Source: Gemmatimonadales bacterium | GTDB lineage: Bacteria > Gemmatimonadota > Gemmatimonadetes > Gemmatimonadales > GWC2-71-9 | Direction: 5' to 3' | Length of the DNA stretch: 64,000 nucleotides | Assembly: GCA_037045245.1 (NCBI GenBank) | Contig: JBAOHR010000004.1 | Span: 751-64,750 of the forward strand | Shown here: positions 30,290 to 45,308 of the stretch, piece by piece | Position numbering within the stretch: the first letter of the stretch is position 1 | Layout: each line of letters begins with the position of its first letter | Translations under genes and position numbers: made by a program | The notes under the pieces: model-generated | Told to the model about the DNA's origin: nothing | What the model saw: the letters and a program-made list of their open reading frames with translations, nothing else | The model's database searches: none

Positions 30290-32325
30290 TCGGCGACTCC
30301 GGCGAGCGGCACGGTGTAGCCGGCCTGGATCGAGGCGCGCTGCCGTGCCGTCTTCACCTGCGGACCACCCGGCCACATCGTGAGCAGGCCGCCGAAGACG
30401 AGGATGCCCCCGCCGATCCAGAACCAGCTCACCAGCGGGTTGATCAGCAGCGAAAACGAGGCGCGTTCGGTGCCATCCGGCGAGCCGGCGTAGACCACGT
30501 AGACGTCCTCGAGCAGGTCCGAGCGGATGCCGACCTCGGTCGAGGGCTCGAAGGTCGGGTTGCCGAACGAGTCGACGTGCTGCCGCTTCTCGGACTTGAT
30601 GGTGCCCATCTTCACGCCGTCCTTCGCGATCTCGAGCGTCGCCGCCGAGACCCGGCGGTTCAGCGCCTCGTACTGCGAGACGCCGAGGTGGGTGAAGGTC
30701 CAGGTGTGACCATAGGCGGACTTGAGCGTGGCCTTCTGGCCGGGCTGCAGGTCGACGGTCGTCTTGGTCGCGAAGGCGAGCCCGGTGAAGGCGACGAAGT
30801 AGACCATGATCGCCACGTGCACGACGTAGCCGCCGTAGCGGCGCCGGTTCCGGGCCACGAGCCGCATCAGCGCCACCGGCGCCCCTTCGGCGTGCATCGT
30901 CATCCGGGCACGGATGCCGCGCGCAAACTCCTGGATCACGGTCACCAGCGCGAACGCCGCCACCGCCAGCGACATCAGCGCCCAGGGCGAGCGGAGGCCA
31001 CCGGCCAGCAGCGCGCCGAGGGCGACCACGCCCCCGACGAGCGGCGCGATGAACTGGCGGCGCAGGTTGGCGGCGGACGCCTTGCGCCACGCGATCAACG
31101 GCCCGACGCCGGTCAGGAAGAGGAGGAAGATCCCGAGCGGGATGTTGACGCGATTGAAGAAGGGCGGGCCGACCGTGATCTTGGTGCCACGCACCGCCTC
31201 GGAGAGGATCGGGAAGAGCGTGCCCCAGAGGACGGAGAAGGCGATGCCGACCAGCGCGAGGTTGTTGTAGAGGAAGGCGCCCTCGCGGCTCACCATCGAC
31301 TCGAGCTGCGCCTCGGGCTGCAGCAGCGGCCAGCGCGTGTAGAGCAGCGTGAACGAGAGGATCGCCGCCACCATCAGGAAGCCGAGGAAGAAGTAGCCGA
31401 CGGCCGACTGGGTGAAGGAGTGCACCGACGCGATCACCCCGGAGCGGGTGATGAAGGTGCCGAAGATCGTCAGCAGGAAGGTCCCGACGATCAGCCCCAT
31501 GTTCCAGCGCTTGAGCATGCCGCGCTTTTCCTGGATCATCACCGAGTGGAGGAACGCGGTGAGGGTCAGCCACGGCAGCAGCGAGGCGTTCTCGACCGGA
31601 TCCCACGCCCAGACGCCGCCCCAGCCGAGCTCGACGTACGCCCACCACATCCCGATCGTGATGCCGACCGAGAGGAAGAGCCACGAGGTGAGGGCCCACT
31701 TCCGCATCGCCACGATCCACCCCGCGTCGAGCTGCTTCGCGAGCAGCGCCGCCATCGCGAAGGCGAACGGGATGGTGAGCGAGATGTAGCCGAGGTAGAG
31801 CATCGGGGGATGGATGATCATCCCCGGGTTCTGCAGCTGCGGGTTGAGGCCGCGGCCGTCCGGCGGCGTGAAGGCGAGGCGCTCGAACGGGTTGGCCCCG
31901 CCGAAGAGCATCACCAGCACGAAGAAGATCGTGGTGATGTTGGCGATGCCGGCCACGTAGGGCAGCATCGCCTTGAAGCGCTGCGAGGTGAGCGCCTGCG
32001 CCAGCGCCCCGAAGATCGACAGCACCACCGCCCAGAAGAGGAGCGATCCCTTCTGCCCCGCCCAGAACGCCGAGATGAGGTAGTACTCGGGAAGGTTCCG
32101 CGAGGTGTAGGCGGCGACGTATTCGATGTTGAAGTCGTGGGTGAAGATGCCCTTCCAGAGGGCGACCGCCGCGACGAGCAGGGCGGCACAGAGGGCGTAG
32201 CTGCTCCGCGTGATCGCGGTGGCGATCGCCGGGCGCTCCTCCCACTTGCCGAAAAACGCCAACGCCGCACCCCAGGCGCCCACCAGCACGGCGGCCCAGA
32301 GTGCGAACTGTCCCAGGTAAGTCAT
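30286..32325 (-). CDS. ccmF: Heme lyase CcmF
   Basis: GRGLNPQLQ, IHPPMLYLGY, WGGVWAWDPVENAS, RSGVIASVHSF. Confidence 0.95.
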   Translation of the reverse strand: MTYLGQFALWAAVLVGAWGAALAFFGKWEERPAIATAITRSSYALCAALLVAAVALWKGIFTHDFNIEYVAAYTSRNLPEYYLISAFWAGQKGSLLFWAVVLSIFGALAQALTSQRFKAMLPYVAGIANITTIFFVLVMLFGGANPFERLAFTPPDGRGLNPQLQNPGMIIHPPMLYLGYISLTIPFAFAMAALLAKQLDAGWIVAMRKWALTSWLFLSVGITIGMWWAYVELGWGGVWAWDPVENASLLPWLTLTAFLHSVMIQEKRGMLKRWNMGLIVGTFLLTIFGTFITRSGVIASVHSFTQSAVGYFFLGFLMVAAILSFTLLYTRWPLLQPEAQLESMVSREGAFLYNNLALVGIAFSVLWGTLFPILSEAVRGTKITVGPPFFNRVNIPLGIFLLFLTGVGPLIAWRKASAANLRRQFIAPLVGGVVALGALLAGGLRSPWALMSLAVAAFALVTVIQEFARGIRARMTMHAEGAPVALMRLVARNRRRYGGYVVHVAIMVYFVAFTGLAFATKTTVDLQPGQKATLKSAYGHTWTFTHLGVSQYEALNRRVSAATLEIAKDGVKMGTIKSEKRQHVDSFGNPTFEPSTEVGIRSDLLEDVYVVYAGSPDGTERASFSLLINPLVSWFWIGGGILVFGGLLTMWPGGPQVKTARQRASIQAGYTVPLAGVAE

Positions 32326-32335
32326 CGGGCCCCGC

Positions 32336-32767
32336 TCAGGTGGTCTTGTTCTTGGCCATCTCGTCCCACTGCGCTTCGTAGCGGGACCCGCACTTGGCGA
32401 CCAGGACGGTTGCGTGGAAGGTGCCGTCGCGCCCGAACTTCCCCTCGGCGACGACTTCGATCTCGTTCTTGTCGGTGAAGGTGTCCGGCACCAGCCCGGT
32501 GTACGTCACGGGAAACGACTGCGTCCCGTCGCTGATCGTGAAGTCGACGCGCTGGGCCGCCGGGTCGCGCTTGATCGACCCCTGCACCACCTTCGCACTC
32601 ACCTTGACGCCGACGTCATGCAGCGAGGGATCCTGCGCCGCCTTCGCGACCAGCTGCGACGGCGTGAGGAAGTAGGTGCCCGTCTGCTTCACGCCCTCGA
32701 TCATCAGGAGCGAAACGACGGCCACGATGGCGACGCTGCCGAGGGCGAACTTGGTGCTGGGCTTCAT
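32336..32767 (-). CDS. ccmE: Heme chaperone CcmE, Cys (CxxxY) variant
   Basis: YFLTPS, YTGLVPDTF, VVAEG, VAKCGSRY. Confidence 0.9.
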   Translation of the reverse strand: MKPSTKFALGSVAIVAVVSLLMIEGVKQTGTYFLTPSQLVAKAAQDPSLHDVGVKVSAKVVQGSIKRDPAAQRVDFTISDGTQSFPVTYTGLVPDTFTDKNEIEVVAEGKFGRDGTFHATVLVAKCGSRYEAQWDEMAKNKTT

Positions 32768-32846
32768 GGTGTGACGCTCCCCAAGGAGATGGGCAAATAT
32801 ACCCCGGAACTCCGGGAAAAGGTGCCATCCTGCCGGGCCCGCGGGG

Positions 32847-32895
32847 GATGATCGATGATCGAGGATCGATCATCGATCATCGGTCATCGATCCTG
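32847..32895. repeat. Heptamer palindrome (GATGATC)3 / (GATCATC)3-4
   Basis: Directly visible; contains the glpK stop codon. Confidence 0.85.
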
Positions 32896-34341
32896 CGCCC
32901 AATGGAGCGCCGCCCCGACCGCCCGCAGCCACTCCGCGCGCCGAGCGTCCCGCCAGTCCGCCGAGCCCCGTGGCTCGAAGGTGGTTCCGCCGCCCAGTTC
33001 GGCGGCCGAGGGGAGCGTCCCCCCGATGCCTTGCGCCGCCAGCCGGGCCGCGCCGTAGGCGGTGAGTTCGACCGCCGCCGGGCGCTCGATCGGGACGCCC
33101 AGCAGGTCGGCCTGCATCTGCATCAGCCAGGGATTCGCCGCGGCTCCCCCATCGACCCGCAACGCGCTGACGCCCCCCATCGCCTCGACCAGGTCGGCGG
33201 TCTGGTGGGCCACCGACTCCAGCGTCGCGCGCACCAGGTGCGCCTTGGTCGTCCCCCTGGTGACGCCAGTCACCATGCCGCGGGCCTCGGCGTTCCAGTA
33301 CGGGGCCCCCAATCCAGTGAAGGCGGGAACCACGACCACCCCACCAGTATCGGCCACGCTCGCCGCGAGCGCAGCCGTCTCGCTTGCTTGGGCAATCAGC
33401 CCGAGACCATCCCGAAGCCACTGGACCGCCGCCCCCGCCACGAAGACGCTCCCCTCGAGAGCCCAGGCCCGTTCTCCCCCGGCGCCGACGGCGATGGTGG
33501 CCAGCACTCCCGAGGCCGGTCGTTCCGGTCCCTCGGTGCCCACAAAGCGCAGCAGGAAGGCGCCGGTGCCATAGGTGATCTTGGCGCTGCCGCGCGTGAC
33601 GCAGCCCTGCCCGAAGAGGGCCGCCTGCTGATCGCCGGCCAGCCCCGCGATCGGCAGCTCGCGGCCGAACCACTCGGCCCTCGCCGACCCCACCACGCCG
33701 ACCGACGGGACGAGCGTCGGCAGGATCGCCGCCGGCACGCCGAAGGTCTCGAGCAGCGCCGGATCCCACGCCCCGGTGTCGAGCGCCGCCAGCATGGTGC
33801 GCGAACTGTTGGTCGGATCGGAGACGTGCACTCCACCGGTCAGCCTCGCGACCAGCCAGCTCTCCACCGTCCCCACGCGCAGGGTGCCCGCCTCGGCCCG
33901 CCCGCGAATGGCGGGATCGTGCAGGAGCCACTCGAGCTTGGTGGCGGAGAAGTAGGGGTCGAGCAGCAAGCCGGTGCGCTCACGGATCGCCTCCTCCACG
34001 CCGTCGGCGCGGAGCTCGGCGCACCGCTCGGCCGTGCGCCGATCCTGCCAGACGATCGCTCGACCGATCGGCGCCAGCGTGTCACGATCCCACGCGACCA
34101 GCGTCTCGCGCTGGTTGGTGATACCGATCGCGTCCACCGACACCCCGGCCTGCGCCAACGCCTCGCGCCCCGCGGCGACGGTGGCGCGGACGAGCATCTC
34201 GGGGTCGTGCTCCACCTTCCCGGGCGCGGGAAAATGCTGGGGAATCTCCCGGGTCCCGCGCCCAAGGACGCGGCCATCCGGCGCCACCACGAGCGCGGTG
34301 GAGCTGGTGGTGCCTTGGTCGAGGGCCAGGATTGTCGGAAT
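32884..34341 (-). CDS. glpK: Glycerol kinase; start codon unclear
   Basis: LALDQGTTSS, ITNQRET, IVWQDRRT, DPYFSATK, GDQQAALFG, PAFTGLGAPYW. Confidence 0.92.
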   Translation of the reverse strand: MPTILALDQGTTSSTALVVAPDGRVLGRGTREIPQHFPAPGKVEHDPEMLVRATVAAGREALAQAGVSVDAIGITNQRETLVAWDRDTLAPIGRAIVWQDRRTAERCAELRADGVEEAIRERTGLLLDPYFSATKLEWLLHDPAIRGRAEAGTLRVGTVESWLVARLTGGVHVSDPTNSSRTMLAALDTGAWDPALLETFGVPAAILPTLVPSVGVVGSARAEWFGRELPIAGLAGDQQAALFGQGCVTRGSAKITYGTGAFLLRFVGTEGPERPASGVLATIAVGAGGERAWALEGSVFVAGAAVQWLRDGLGLIAQASETAALAASVADTGGVVVVPAFTGLGAPYWNAEARGMVTGVTRGTTKAHLVRATLESVAHQTADLVEAMGGVSALRVDGGAAANPWLMQMQADLLGVPIERPAAVELTAYGAARLAAQGIGGTLPSAAELGGGTTFEPRGSADWRDARRAEWLRAVGAALHWAQDR

Positions 34342-34363
34342 GGCGTGGCTCGATGGCGGGAGG

Positions 34364-34550
34364 GGTGAACGGTGAACGGTAAACGGTAACCGGCAAGGGG
34401 GTGAGGGGTGAGGGGGGAGGTGAGACGTAAAACGTGAAACGGTCCCGAGGCGCTGGACTCCGCATCCACGCCGTTTCACCTCTCATGTTTCACCCCCTCT
34501 CCTGTTCCCCTCACCCCCATCTCCTCACCCCTCTCCCCCGCCCCCCTCCC
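34364..34550. repeat. Heptamer-built inverted repeat between divergent glpK and crotonase genes
   Basis: GGTGAAC/GGGTGAG/GTGAAAC units on the left arm, GTTTCAC/CCCTCAC units on the right. Confidence 0.8.
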
Positions 34551-34566
34551 CCCTTATCTTTCCGCG

Positions 34567-35352
34567 ATGCCCTACACCACCCTCCTGACCGCCCAGGACG
34601 CCGACGGCATCGTCGTCGCCACGATCAATCGCCCCGACAAGCTCAACGCCCTGAACGACGCCGTGATCACCGATCTGGCGGCGCTCGCGGCGTGGGCTGC
34701 CGAGGATGCGTCGGTGCGCGCGCTGGTGCTCACCGGGGCCGGCGAGAAGGCGTTCGTGGCCGGGGCGGACATTGCCGAGATCGCCGGGACGGATGCGACC
34801 TCGGGCGAGCGGCTGTCGGCGAAGGGCCATGCCGCCTTCCGCGCCCTCGAGACGCTGGGCAAGCCGGTGATCGCGGCCGTGAACGGCTTCGCGCTCGGCG
34901 GCGGCTGCGAGCTCGCGATGGCGTGTCACATCCGGTATGCATCGCCGAATGCGAAGTTCGGGCAACCGGAGGTGAAGCTCGGCCTGATCCCCGGTTACGG
35001 CGGCACGGTGCGGCTGCCGCGCCTGGTCGGTCGCGGGCGCGCGCTCGAGTTGTTGCTGAGCGCCGCGATGATCGATGCGACCGAGGCGCACCGGATCGGT
35101 CTCGTGAACAAGGTGGTGCCGATCGAGTCGCTGCTCGACGAGGCCAAGGCGCTGGCGAAGACGATCCTGCAGATGGGGCCGATGGCGGTGCGGATGGTGC
35201 TGGAGACCGTCGACGCCGCCCTCGATCGCCCGCTCGACGCCGCGCTGGCCCACGAGGCGGCGCAGTTCGGCGTCGCGTGCGGCAGCGACGAGAAGCGCGA
35301 AGGGACCACCGCGTTCCTGGAGAAGCGGCCGGCGCAGTTCCGCGGTCGGTAG
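34567..35352 (+). CDS. Enoyl-CoA hydratase (crotonase)
   Basis: NRPDKLNAL, AFVAGADI, GFALGGGCELAMAC, GQPEVKLGLIPGYGG. Confidence 0.93.
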   Translation: MPYTTLLTAQDADGIVVATINRPDKLNALNDAVITDLAALAAWAAEDASVRALVLTGAGEKAFVAGADIAEIAGTDATSGERLSAKGHAAFRALETLGKPVIAAVNGFALGGGCELAMACHIRYASPNAKFGQPEVKLGLIPGYGGTVRLPRLVGRGRALELLLSAAMIDATEAHRIGLVNKVVPIESLLDEAKALAKTILQMGPMAVRMVLETVDAALDRPLDAALAHEAAQFGVACGSDEKREGTTAFLEKRPAQFRGR

Positions 35353-35355
35353 TCG

Positions 35356-36431
35356 ATGCGCGCGGCGACCCTGCTGGTGCGGAGCTTCCGCAACCTGGCG
35401 GACGCCGAGTTGACGCTGCCACCCGAGGGCGTGGCGCTGGTCGGTTCGAACGGCCACGGCAAGACCAACCTGCTCGAGGCGCTGGCCTATCCGGTGTTGT
35501 TCCGTTCGATCCGCGGTGCCGCCGACCGCGAGCTGGCACAGTTCGGCGGACCGGGCTTCCACGTGACGGTGGCACTCGCCGAGGGGCCGGTGATCGCGAC
35601 CACCTGGTCGAGCGCCACGCGACGGAAGCGGATCACGATCGACGGCGAGGAGATGGCCGGGCGCGCCGCGGCCCTGGGCCGCTGGCTGGCGGTGGCCTTC
35701 CTGCCGACGGATCTCGCGCTGGTGCAGGGTGGCGCGGGTGAACGCCGACGCTGGCTCGACCGGATGCTCTCGCTGGCGTCGCGCCCGTATCTTGACTCGC
35801 TGCTGCGCTATCGGGCGGCGCTGGCCCAGCGCAACGCGGCGCTGCGTCAGGGCGATGCGACATCGGCCGGCGCGTTCGACGGGGTGCTCGCCCGCGACGG
35901 CGCGGCGGTGATCGCCGCCCGGCTGGAGTGGAGTGACGGCGCGGCCGAGCCCTGGGCGGAGGAACTCGCCGCGCTCGGTGAGGCGGCTCCCGTGGCGGTG
36001 CGGTACCGCACCGATCACGCGCTGGCGGAGGCCGAGGCGTGGCCGGCGCGACTCGCCGCCTCGCGGGCACGCGACCTCGCGCGCGGGCAGAGCCACGTCG
36101 GACCGCATCGCGACGACCTGGTCTTTGCGCTGGGTGGCCACGCACTTCGCGACTACGGCTCGACGGGCCAGCAGCGGTCGGCGGCGATCGCGCTGCGGTT
36201 CCTCGAGCAGGAGACGCTCGCGGCGCGGCGGGGGGTGCGGCCGGCGCTGCTGGTGGACGATGTCTTCGCCGAGCTCGATGCCGAGCGGCAGCGGCGACTC
36301 GCCGAGCGGCTGGTGCGTCGCCCGGGCCAGCGGATCGTGACGGCGCCGAGGCTCGAGGAACTGCCGCGGCAACTGGAGTTGCCCCGTTGGGGCGTCGCGG
36401 CGGGCGTGGTGACGTCGCTGGAGGGGAGCAC

Positions 36432-36435
<4 letters not shown>
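35356..36435 (+). CDS. recF: DNA replication/repair protein RecF
   Basis: FRNL, GSNGHGKTNLLEA, GPHRDDL, GSTGQQRS, LLVDDVFAELD. Confidence 0.93.
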
Positions 36436-38706
<2,271 letters not shown>

Positions 38707-38713
38707 CGGAGTT

Positions 38714-38805
38714 CGAGAAGCGAGAAGCGAGAAGCGAGAAGCGTGGTGTCACGGAGAGATCTTCCCGTCGCACCACGCTTCTCGCTTCTCGCTTCTCGCT
38801 TCTCG
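38714..38805. repeat. Perfect 35-bp inverted repeat made of (CGAGAAG)4; possible bidirectional terminator
   Basis: (CGAGAAG)4CGTGGTG-N22-CACCACG(CTTCTCG)4 between convergent genes. Confidence 0.9.
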
Positions 38806-38808
38806 CCC

Positions 38809-39081
38809 TCAGCTGATCCCCGGCAACCCGCCATGCCCCGGCGAACCGGGCCCCCAGTCCTCCTCTTCCTCCCCGTCCTCCGTCACCTCGCCGGCCAGGG
38901 CCTCGCCGATGGCGCGGGCCGAGCGGTCGTCGCGCATCTCGAGCTCGGCCTGCTCGAGTTCGTCGACGTCGATCGGGGTCTCGACGTCGTCTTCCGGCGC
39001 GGCCGGCGGACGGTGCGATCCGAAGCCCATCAACCAGGCAAAGAGGGCGGCCAGCGCCGCCAGGCCGATCAGTGCGCCCAT
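38809..39081 (-). CDS. Small membrane-anchored acidic protein
   Basis: MGALIGLAALAALFAWLMGF + acidic tail; coupled to the upstream phosphorylase. Confidence 0.65.
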   Translation of the reverse strand: MGALIGLAALAALFAWLMGFGSHRPPAAPEDDVETPIDVDELEQAELEMRDDRSARAIGEALAGEVTEDGEEEEDWGPGSPGHGGLPGIS

Positions 39082-40418
39082 CAGGCGTCTCCGTACGGTT
39101 CGGTGTGGTCCTGCGTGATGCGCTCGACCAGCAGCGGGAGCGGCGCCTCGCCCGAGGCGAGGGCGTGGGCGAAGGCGCCACGCACGGCGCGCTCCGTGAG
39201 GTCGGCGTCGGCCTCGGTCCGGGCGTGCACGACGGCGAACGGATCGCCCACGGCCAGTGGCTGGCCGGCCTGGCACAGGAACTCCAGGCCGACGGCGGGA
39301 TCGACCGGGTCGGTCGCCAGTCGCCGCCCACCACCCATCGCGACGATCGCCTCGCCGAGGATTCGCGGCGCAAGCGCCGGCATCGGGCTGCCTTGCGAGG
39401 CGGTCAGCTGTCGGACGATCGGGGCGCGCGCCAGGCGCGACGGGTCGTCCACCACGGCCGGGTCGCCGCCCTGCCACCGGATGACCTCACGGAAACGCTC
39501 AAGCGCCGCGCCCGAGGCCATCGCCGCCTCGAGGGTGCGGAGGGCGTCGGCGCGGCTGGTCGCTTTGCCGGCCACCAGGAGCATCTCGGCGCCGAGCGCC
39601 ATCGTGACCTCCATCAGGTCGCTCGCGCCCTCGCCCCGCAGCGCCTCGATCGACTCCACGACCTCGATCGCATTGCCCGCGGTGCGACCAAGCGGGCGGT
39701 CCATCGCGGTGAGCAGGGCCACCGTGCGACACCCTGCCTGCTCGCCGACGCCGACCATCGTCCGTGCGAGCGTGCGGGCGTCCTCGAGCTTCGGCATGAA
39801 GGCCCCACTACCGACCTTCACGTCGAGCACGAGGCCGTCGAGCTGCTCGGCCAGCTTCTTCGACATGATGCTCGCCGTGATCAGCGGAATCGATTCGACG
39901 GTGCCGCTCACGTCCCGCAGCGCGTAGAGTCGCCGATCGGCCGGCACGATCTCCTCGGTCTGTCCGAACATGACGACCCCGATCGCGTCGAGCTGCCGTA
40001 GCGCCTCGGTGAGCGGCATCCGGGTGGTGAAGCCGGGGATCGCTTCGAGCTTGTCGAGGGTACCACCGGTGTGGCCCAGGCCGCGCCCGGACATCATCGG
40101 GACGGCGACGCCGCACGTCGCCAGGAGCGGCGCCAGGATCAGCGAGGTCTTGTCGCCCACGCCACCGGTCGAGTGCTTGTCGATGCGCGGCCGGTCGTCG
40201 GCCGATCGCGCGAGTCTCGCGCCCGAGTCGAGCATCGCCTGGGTGAGCGCGTCGAGTTCGTCCGAGGTGAGGCCGCGGAAGAGCACCGCCATGGCGAGCG
40301 CCGACATCTGGTAGTCCGGGACGTCGCCGGTCGCGTAGTGGGCGATCAGCTCCCGCCACTCGTCTCCGGTCAGCGCACCACCGTCTCGCTTGCGTTCGAT
40401 CAGGCGTGGAACGACCAT
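39081..40418 (-). CDS. pdp: Thymidine/pyrimidine-nucleoside phosphorylase
   Basis: PDYQMSAL, DKHSTGGVGDK, SGRGLGHTGGTLDKLEAIPG, ASIMSKK. Confidence 0.93.
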   Translation of the reverse strand: MVVPRLIERKRDGGALTGDEWRELIAHYATGDVPDYQMSALAMAVLFRGLTSDELDALTQAMLDSGARLARSADDRPRIDKHSTGGVGDKTSLILAPLLATCGVAVPMMSGRGLGHTGGTLDKLEAIPGFTTRMPLTEALRQLDAIGVVMFGQTEEIVPADRRLYALRDVSGTVESIPLITASIMSKKLAEQLDGLVLDVKVGSGAFMPKLEDARTLARTMVGVGEQAGCRTVALLTAMDRPLGRTAGNAIEVVESIEALRGEGASDLMEVTMALGAEMLLVAGKATSRADALRTLEAAMASGAALERFREVIRWQGGDPAVVDDPSRLARAPIVRQLTASQGSPMPALAPRILGEAIVAMGGGRRLATDPVDPAVGLEFLCQAGQPLAVGDPFAVVHARTEADADLTERAVRGAFAHALASGEAPLPLLVERITQDHTEPYGDA

Positions 40419-40466
40419 TCTGCCTCGGGCCGTCAGGCCCCGTGTCGTCATGAGAGGAATCGAGTC

Positions 40467-43279
<2,813 letters not shown>

Positions 43280-43291
43280 CTTCGCCACCCC

Positions 43292-43849
43292 ATGCCGCTC
43301 TTCACCATCGCCCCCGTCTCGCTCCATCGCCTGCGCCGCCGGTTGCACGATGCCGTGCCCGCCGCCGCGGCCGACATGCTGCAGGACGCCGGCTTCGCGT
43401 CGGGCGATGCGCTGGCGGAGCGGTGGCGGAACCGCGTCGCGGAACGCACCGGACTCGACGACGCGCGCCGACTCGACCTGCGCTGGTTCGGGCCCCTCCT
43501 GGACGAACTCTGTGTCGGGCTGGGATGGGGATCGCTCTCGACCACGCCGCTGGGCGAGCGGGCGCTGCTGCTCGAGGCGGGGGACTGGGCCGAGGCGGAA
43601 CCGGGAACAGCTGATCGCCCGGCCTGCCATTTCTCCTGCGGGTGCTTCGCGGCGTTCCTGACCGCCCAGGCGGGCGCGCCGATCGCCGTGCTTGAGGTCG
43701 AGTGCCGCTCGAGCGGCGCCGAGGCCTGCCGCTTCCTCGCTGGCTCCGCCGCCACGCTGGCGGCCGTCTACGACCTGCTGGCGGCGGGTCGCCCCTGGCA
43801 CGAGGCGTTCAGTGCCGAGGAACTCCCGGGCGCCCTGCTCGCGAGCTGA
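43292..43849 (+). CDS. Stand-alone V4R domain protein
   Basis: GWG, PACHFSCG, EVECRSSGAEACRF. Confidence 0.8.
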   Translation: MPLFTIAPVSLHRLRRRLHDAVPAAAADMLQDAGFASGDALAERWRNRVAERTGLDDARRLDLRWFGPLLDELCVGLGWGSLSTTPLGERALLLEAGDWAEAEPGTADRPACHFSCGCFAAFLTAQAGAPIAVLEVECRSSGAEACRFLAGSAATLAAVYDLLAAGRPWHEAFSAEELPGALLAS

Positions 43850-43852
43850 CGG

Positions 43853-44362
43853 TCACCCGCCGAGATAGCTGCGCAGGTCGGGCCGCATCACCAACTCACC
43901 GCCGTCGACCACTTCCCGATCCCACGGCAACACGATCGCCTTCGTCGTCGCGAAGGCGTGGAAGTCGGCTGCCCACCGACCGGTGCTGAACGAGACGGCC
44001 GTCCGCACCTCCGCGGGCCGGGAGGCACGCACCGCGTGCAGGGCGAGCTTCATCGTGTCGCCGCTGTCGCAGGTCTCGTCGACCAGCAGCACCCGCTTCC
44101 CGCGGATCGACGGCGGCGGACCGATCAGCAGCTCGGGCTCGGCGTCCTCGGTGGCGCGGGCAATCGTGATGCTGGCGTAGTCGCACTGCAGGATGGTCGC
44201 GACGATCGCGGCCGGGATGACGCCGGCCTTGGCGATCCCCAGAATGATCTCCGGCTGGTACTCCCGGGCGACCTTGAGGGCGAGCGCGCGGCACAGCTCC
44301 CCGAAGAACGGCCAATCGACTTCCAGAATGTCGCGGGTGGGAGCGGGACGGGGACGTGGCAC
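43853..44362 (-). CDS. Type I phosphoribosyltransferase (purine PRT-like)
   Basis: GIAKAG, VLLVDETCDSGDT, IVLPWD. Confidence 0.85.
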   Translation of the reverse strand: MPRPRPAPTRDILEVDWPFFGELCRALALKVAREYQPEIILGIAKAGVIPAAIVATILQCDYASITIARATEDAEPELLIGPPPSIRGKRVLLVDETCDSGDTMKLALHAVRASRPAEVRTAVSFSTGRWAADFHAFATTKAIVLPWDREVVDGGELVMRPDLRSYLGG

Positions 44363-44502
44363 GGGAGCCTCCGGGGTGTCGCGGCACGCACGCCGCTCCG
44401 GCCAACCTAACACGAATCATGCGCGCCCGGGCCGCGCGTTGCCCCGGCCGTCGGCGCGGCCTAAGTTACCGGGATGCCTCCCCTTGCCCTGCGGCGCCAG
44501 CA

Positions 44503-44946
44503 GTGAGTTGGTGGAAGAAGATCCTGGCCGGCGACGGCGGATCGATCAAGCCCCAACGCCTCGATTATCTGAACGAGGGTCTCGCGCTCGAACGCCACGG
44601 CGATTTCGAGGGTGCGATCACGTCGTATCAGCTGGCGCTCCGGGACGAACCCGCCAACGTGAAGGTCCTCCAGTACATCGCGATCGCGCTGTCGCGGACG
44701 GGGCGCCAGGAAGAGGCGATCCGCCACTACCGGCGAGCGCTCGAGCTCCAGCCGGATCTCGCCGGGGCGCACTACGGCCTCGCGTTCCTGCTGCGCCGGC
44801 GCGGCGACGTGGAGCGGGCGGCGGAGCACCTGCGCGCCTTTCTCTCGCGCCCGCCACGCGATCCGGAGATGGCCCGCTGGGTCGAGCACGCCCGCACCGC
44901 CCTGGCGGAGATCGATGGCGACCCCGAAGGCGAGGTGACCGCATGA
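44503..44946 (+). CDS. TPR protein
   Basis: EAIRHYRRALELQPDLAGAHYGLA; ATGA overlap with the next gene. Confidence 0.8.
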   Translation: MSWWKKILAGDGGSIKPQRLDYLNEGLALERHGDFEGAITSYQLALRDEPANVKVLQYIAIALSRTGRQEEAIRHYRRALELQPDLAGAHYGLAFLLRRRGDVERAAEHLRAFLSRPPRDPEMARWVEHARTALAEIDGDPEGEVTA

Positions 44947-45308
44947 GACTCCTGGCCCTGGTCCTGGCCGCCGCCAGCCTCACGGCGTGCTCCGCGCTCC
45001 CGGCCGATGGCGACGGCGTCGTCGCGATCGAATTGCGCACGCAGAGCCCGCTGTCGCTGCGGCTCGGGCAGTCGGTCACGCTGCGGGCGCGCGCGCTCAA
45101 CCAGCAGGGCGACTCGGTCCCGTCGGTGCTCCGCTGGTACACTGCGGACACGGCCCTGCTCGTCCTCGATTCGACGACGGGCGTGCTGTCGGGCCGCGCC
45201 GCCGCCGGAAGCGCGCGGGTGCAGGCGGCGGTCGGCACGCTCCGCTCCGACCCGATTGCGGTGACGCTCCTGCCTGCCGCCACGGGCGGCGCCCGATCGA
45301 CGCCGTGA
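44943..45308 (+). CDS. Lipoprotein with Ig-like domain
   Basis: Lipobox LTAC, then GQSVTL.A...W...D...G.L.G pattern. Confidence 0.7.
   Translation: MRLLALVLAAASLTACSALPADGDGVVAIELRTQSPLSLRLGQSVTLRARALNQQGDSVPSVLRWYTADTALLVLDSTTGVLSGRAAAGSARVQAAVGTLRSDPIAVTLLPAATGGARSTP

Noticed and set aside
29693..32245. 850-aa ORF and other long Arg/Ala/Gly-rich alternative-frame or antisense ORFs
   Set aside because: Shadow ORFs of high-GC coding sequence. Only the last ~198 codons (ccmH) are real.
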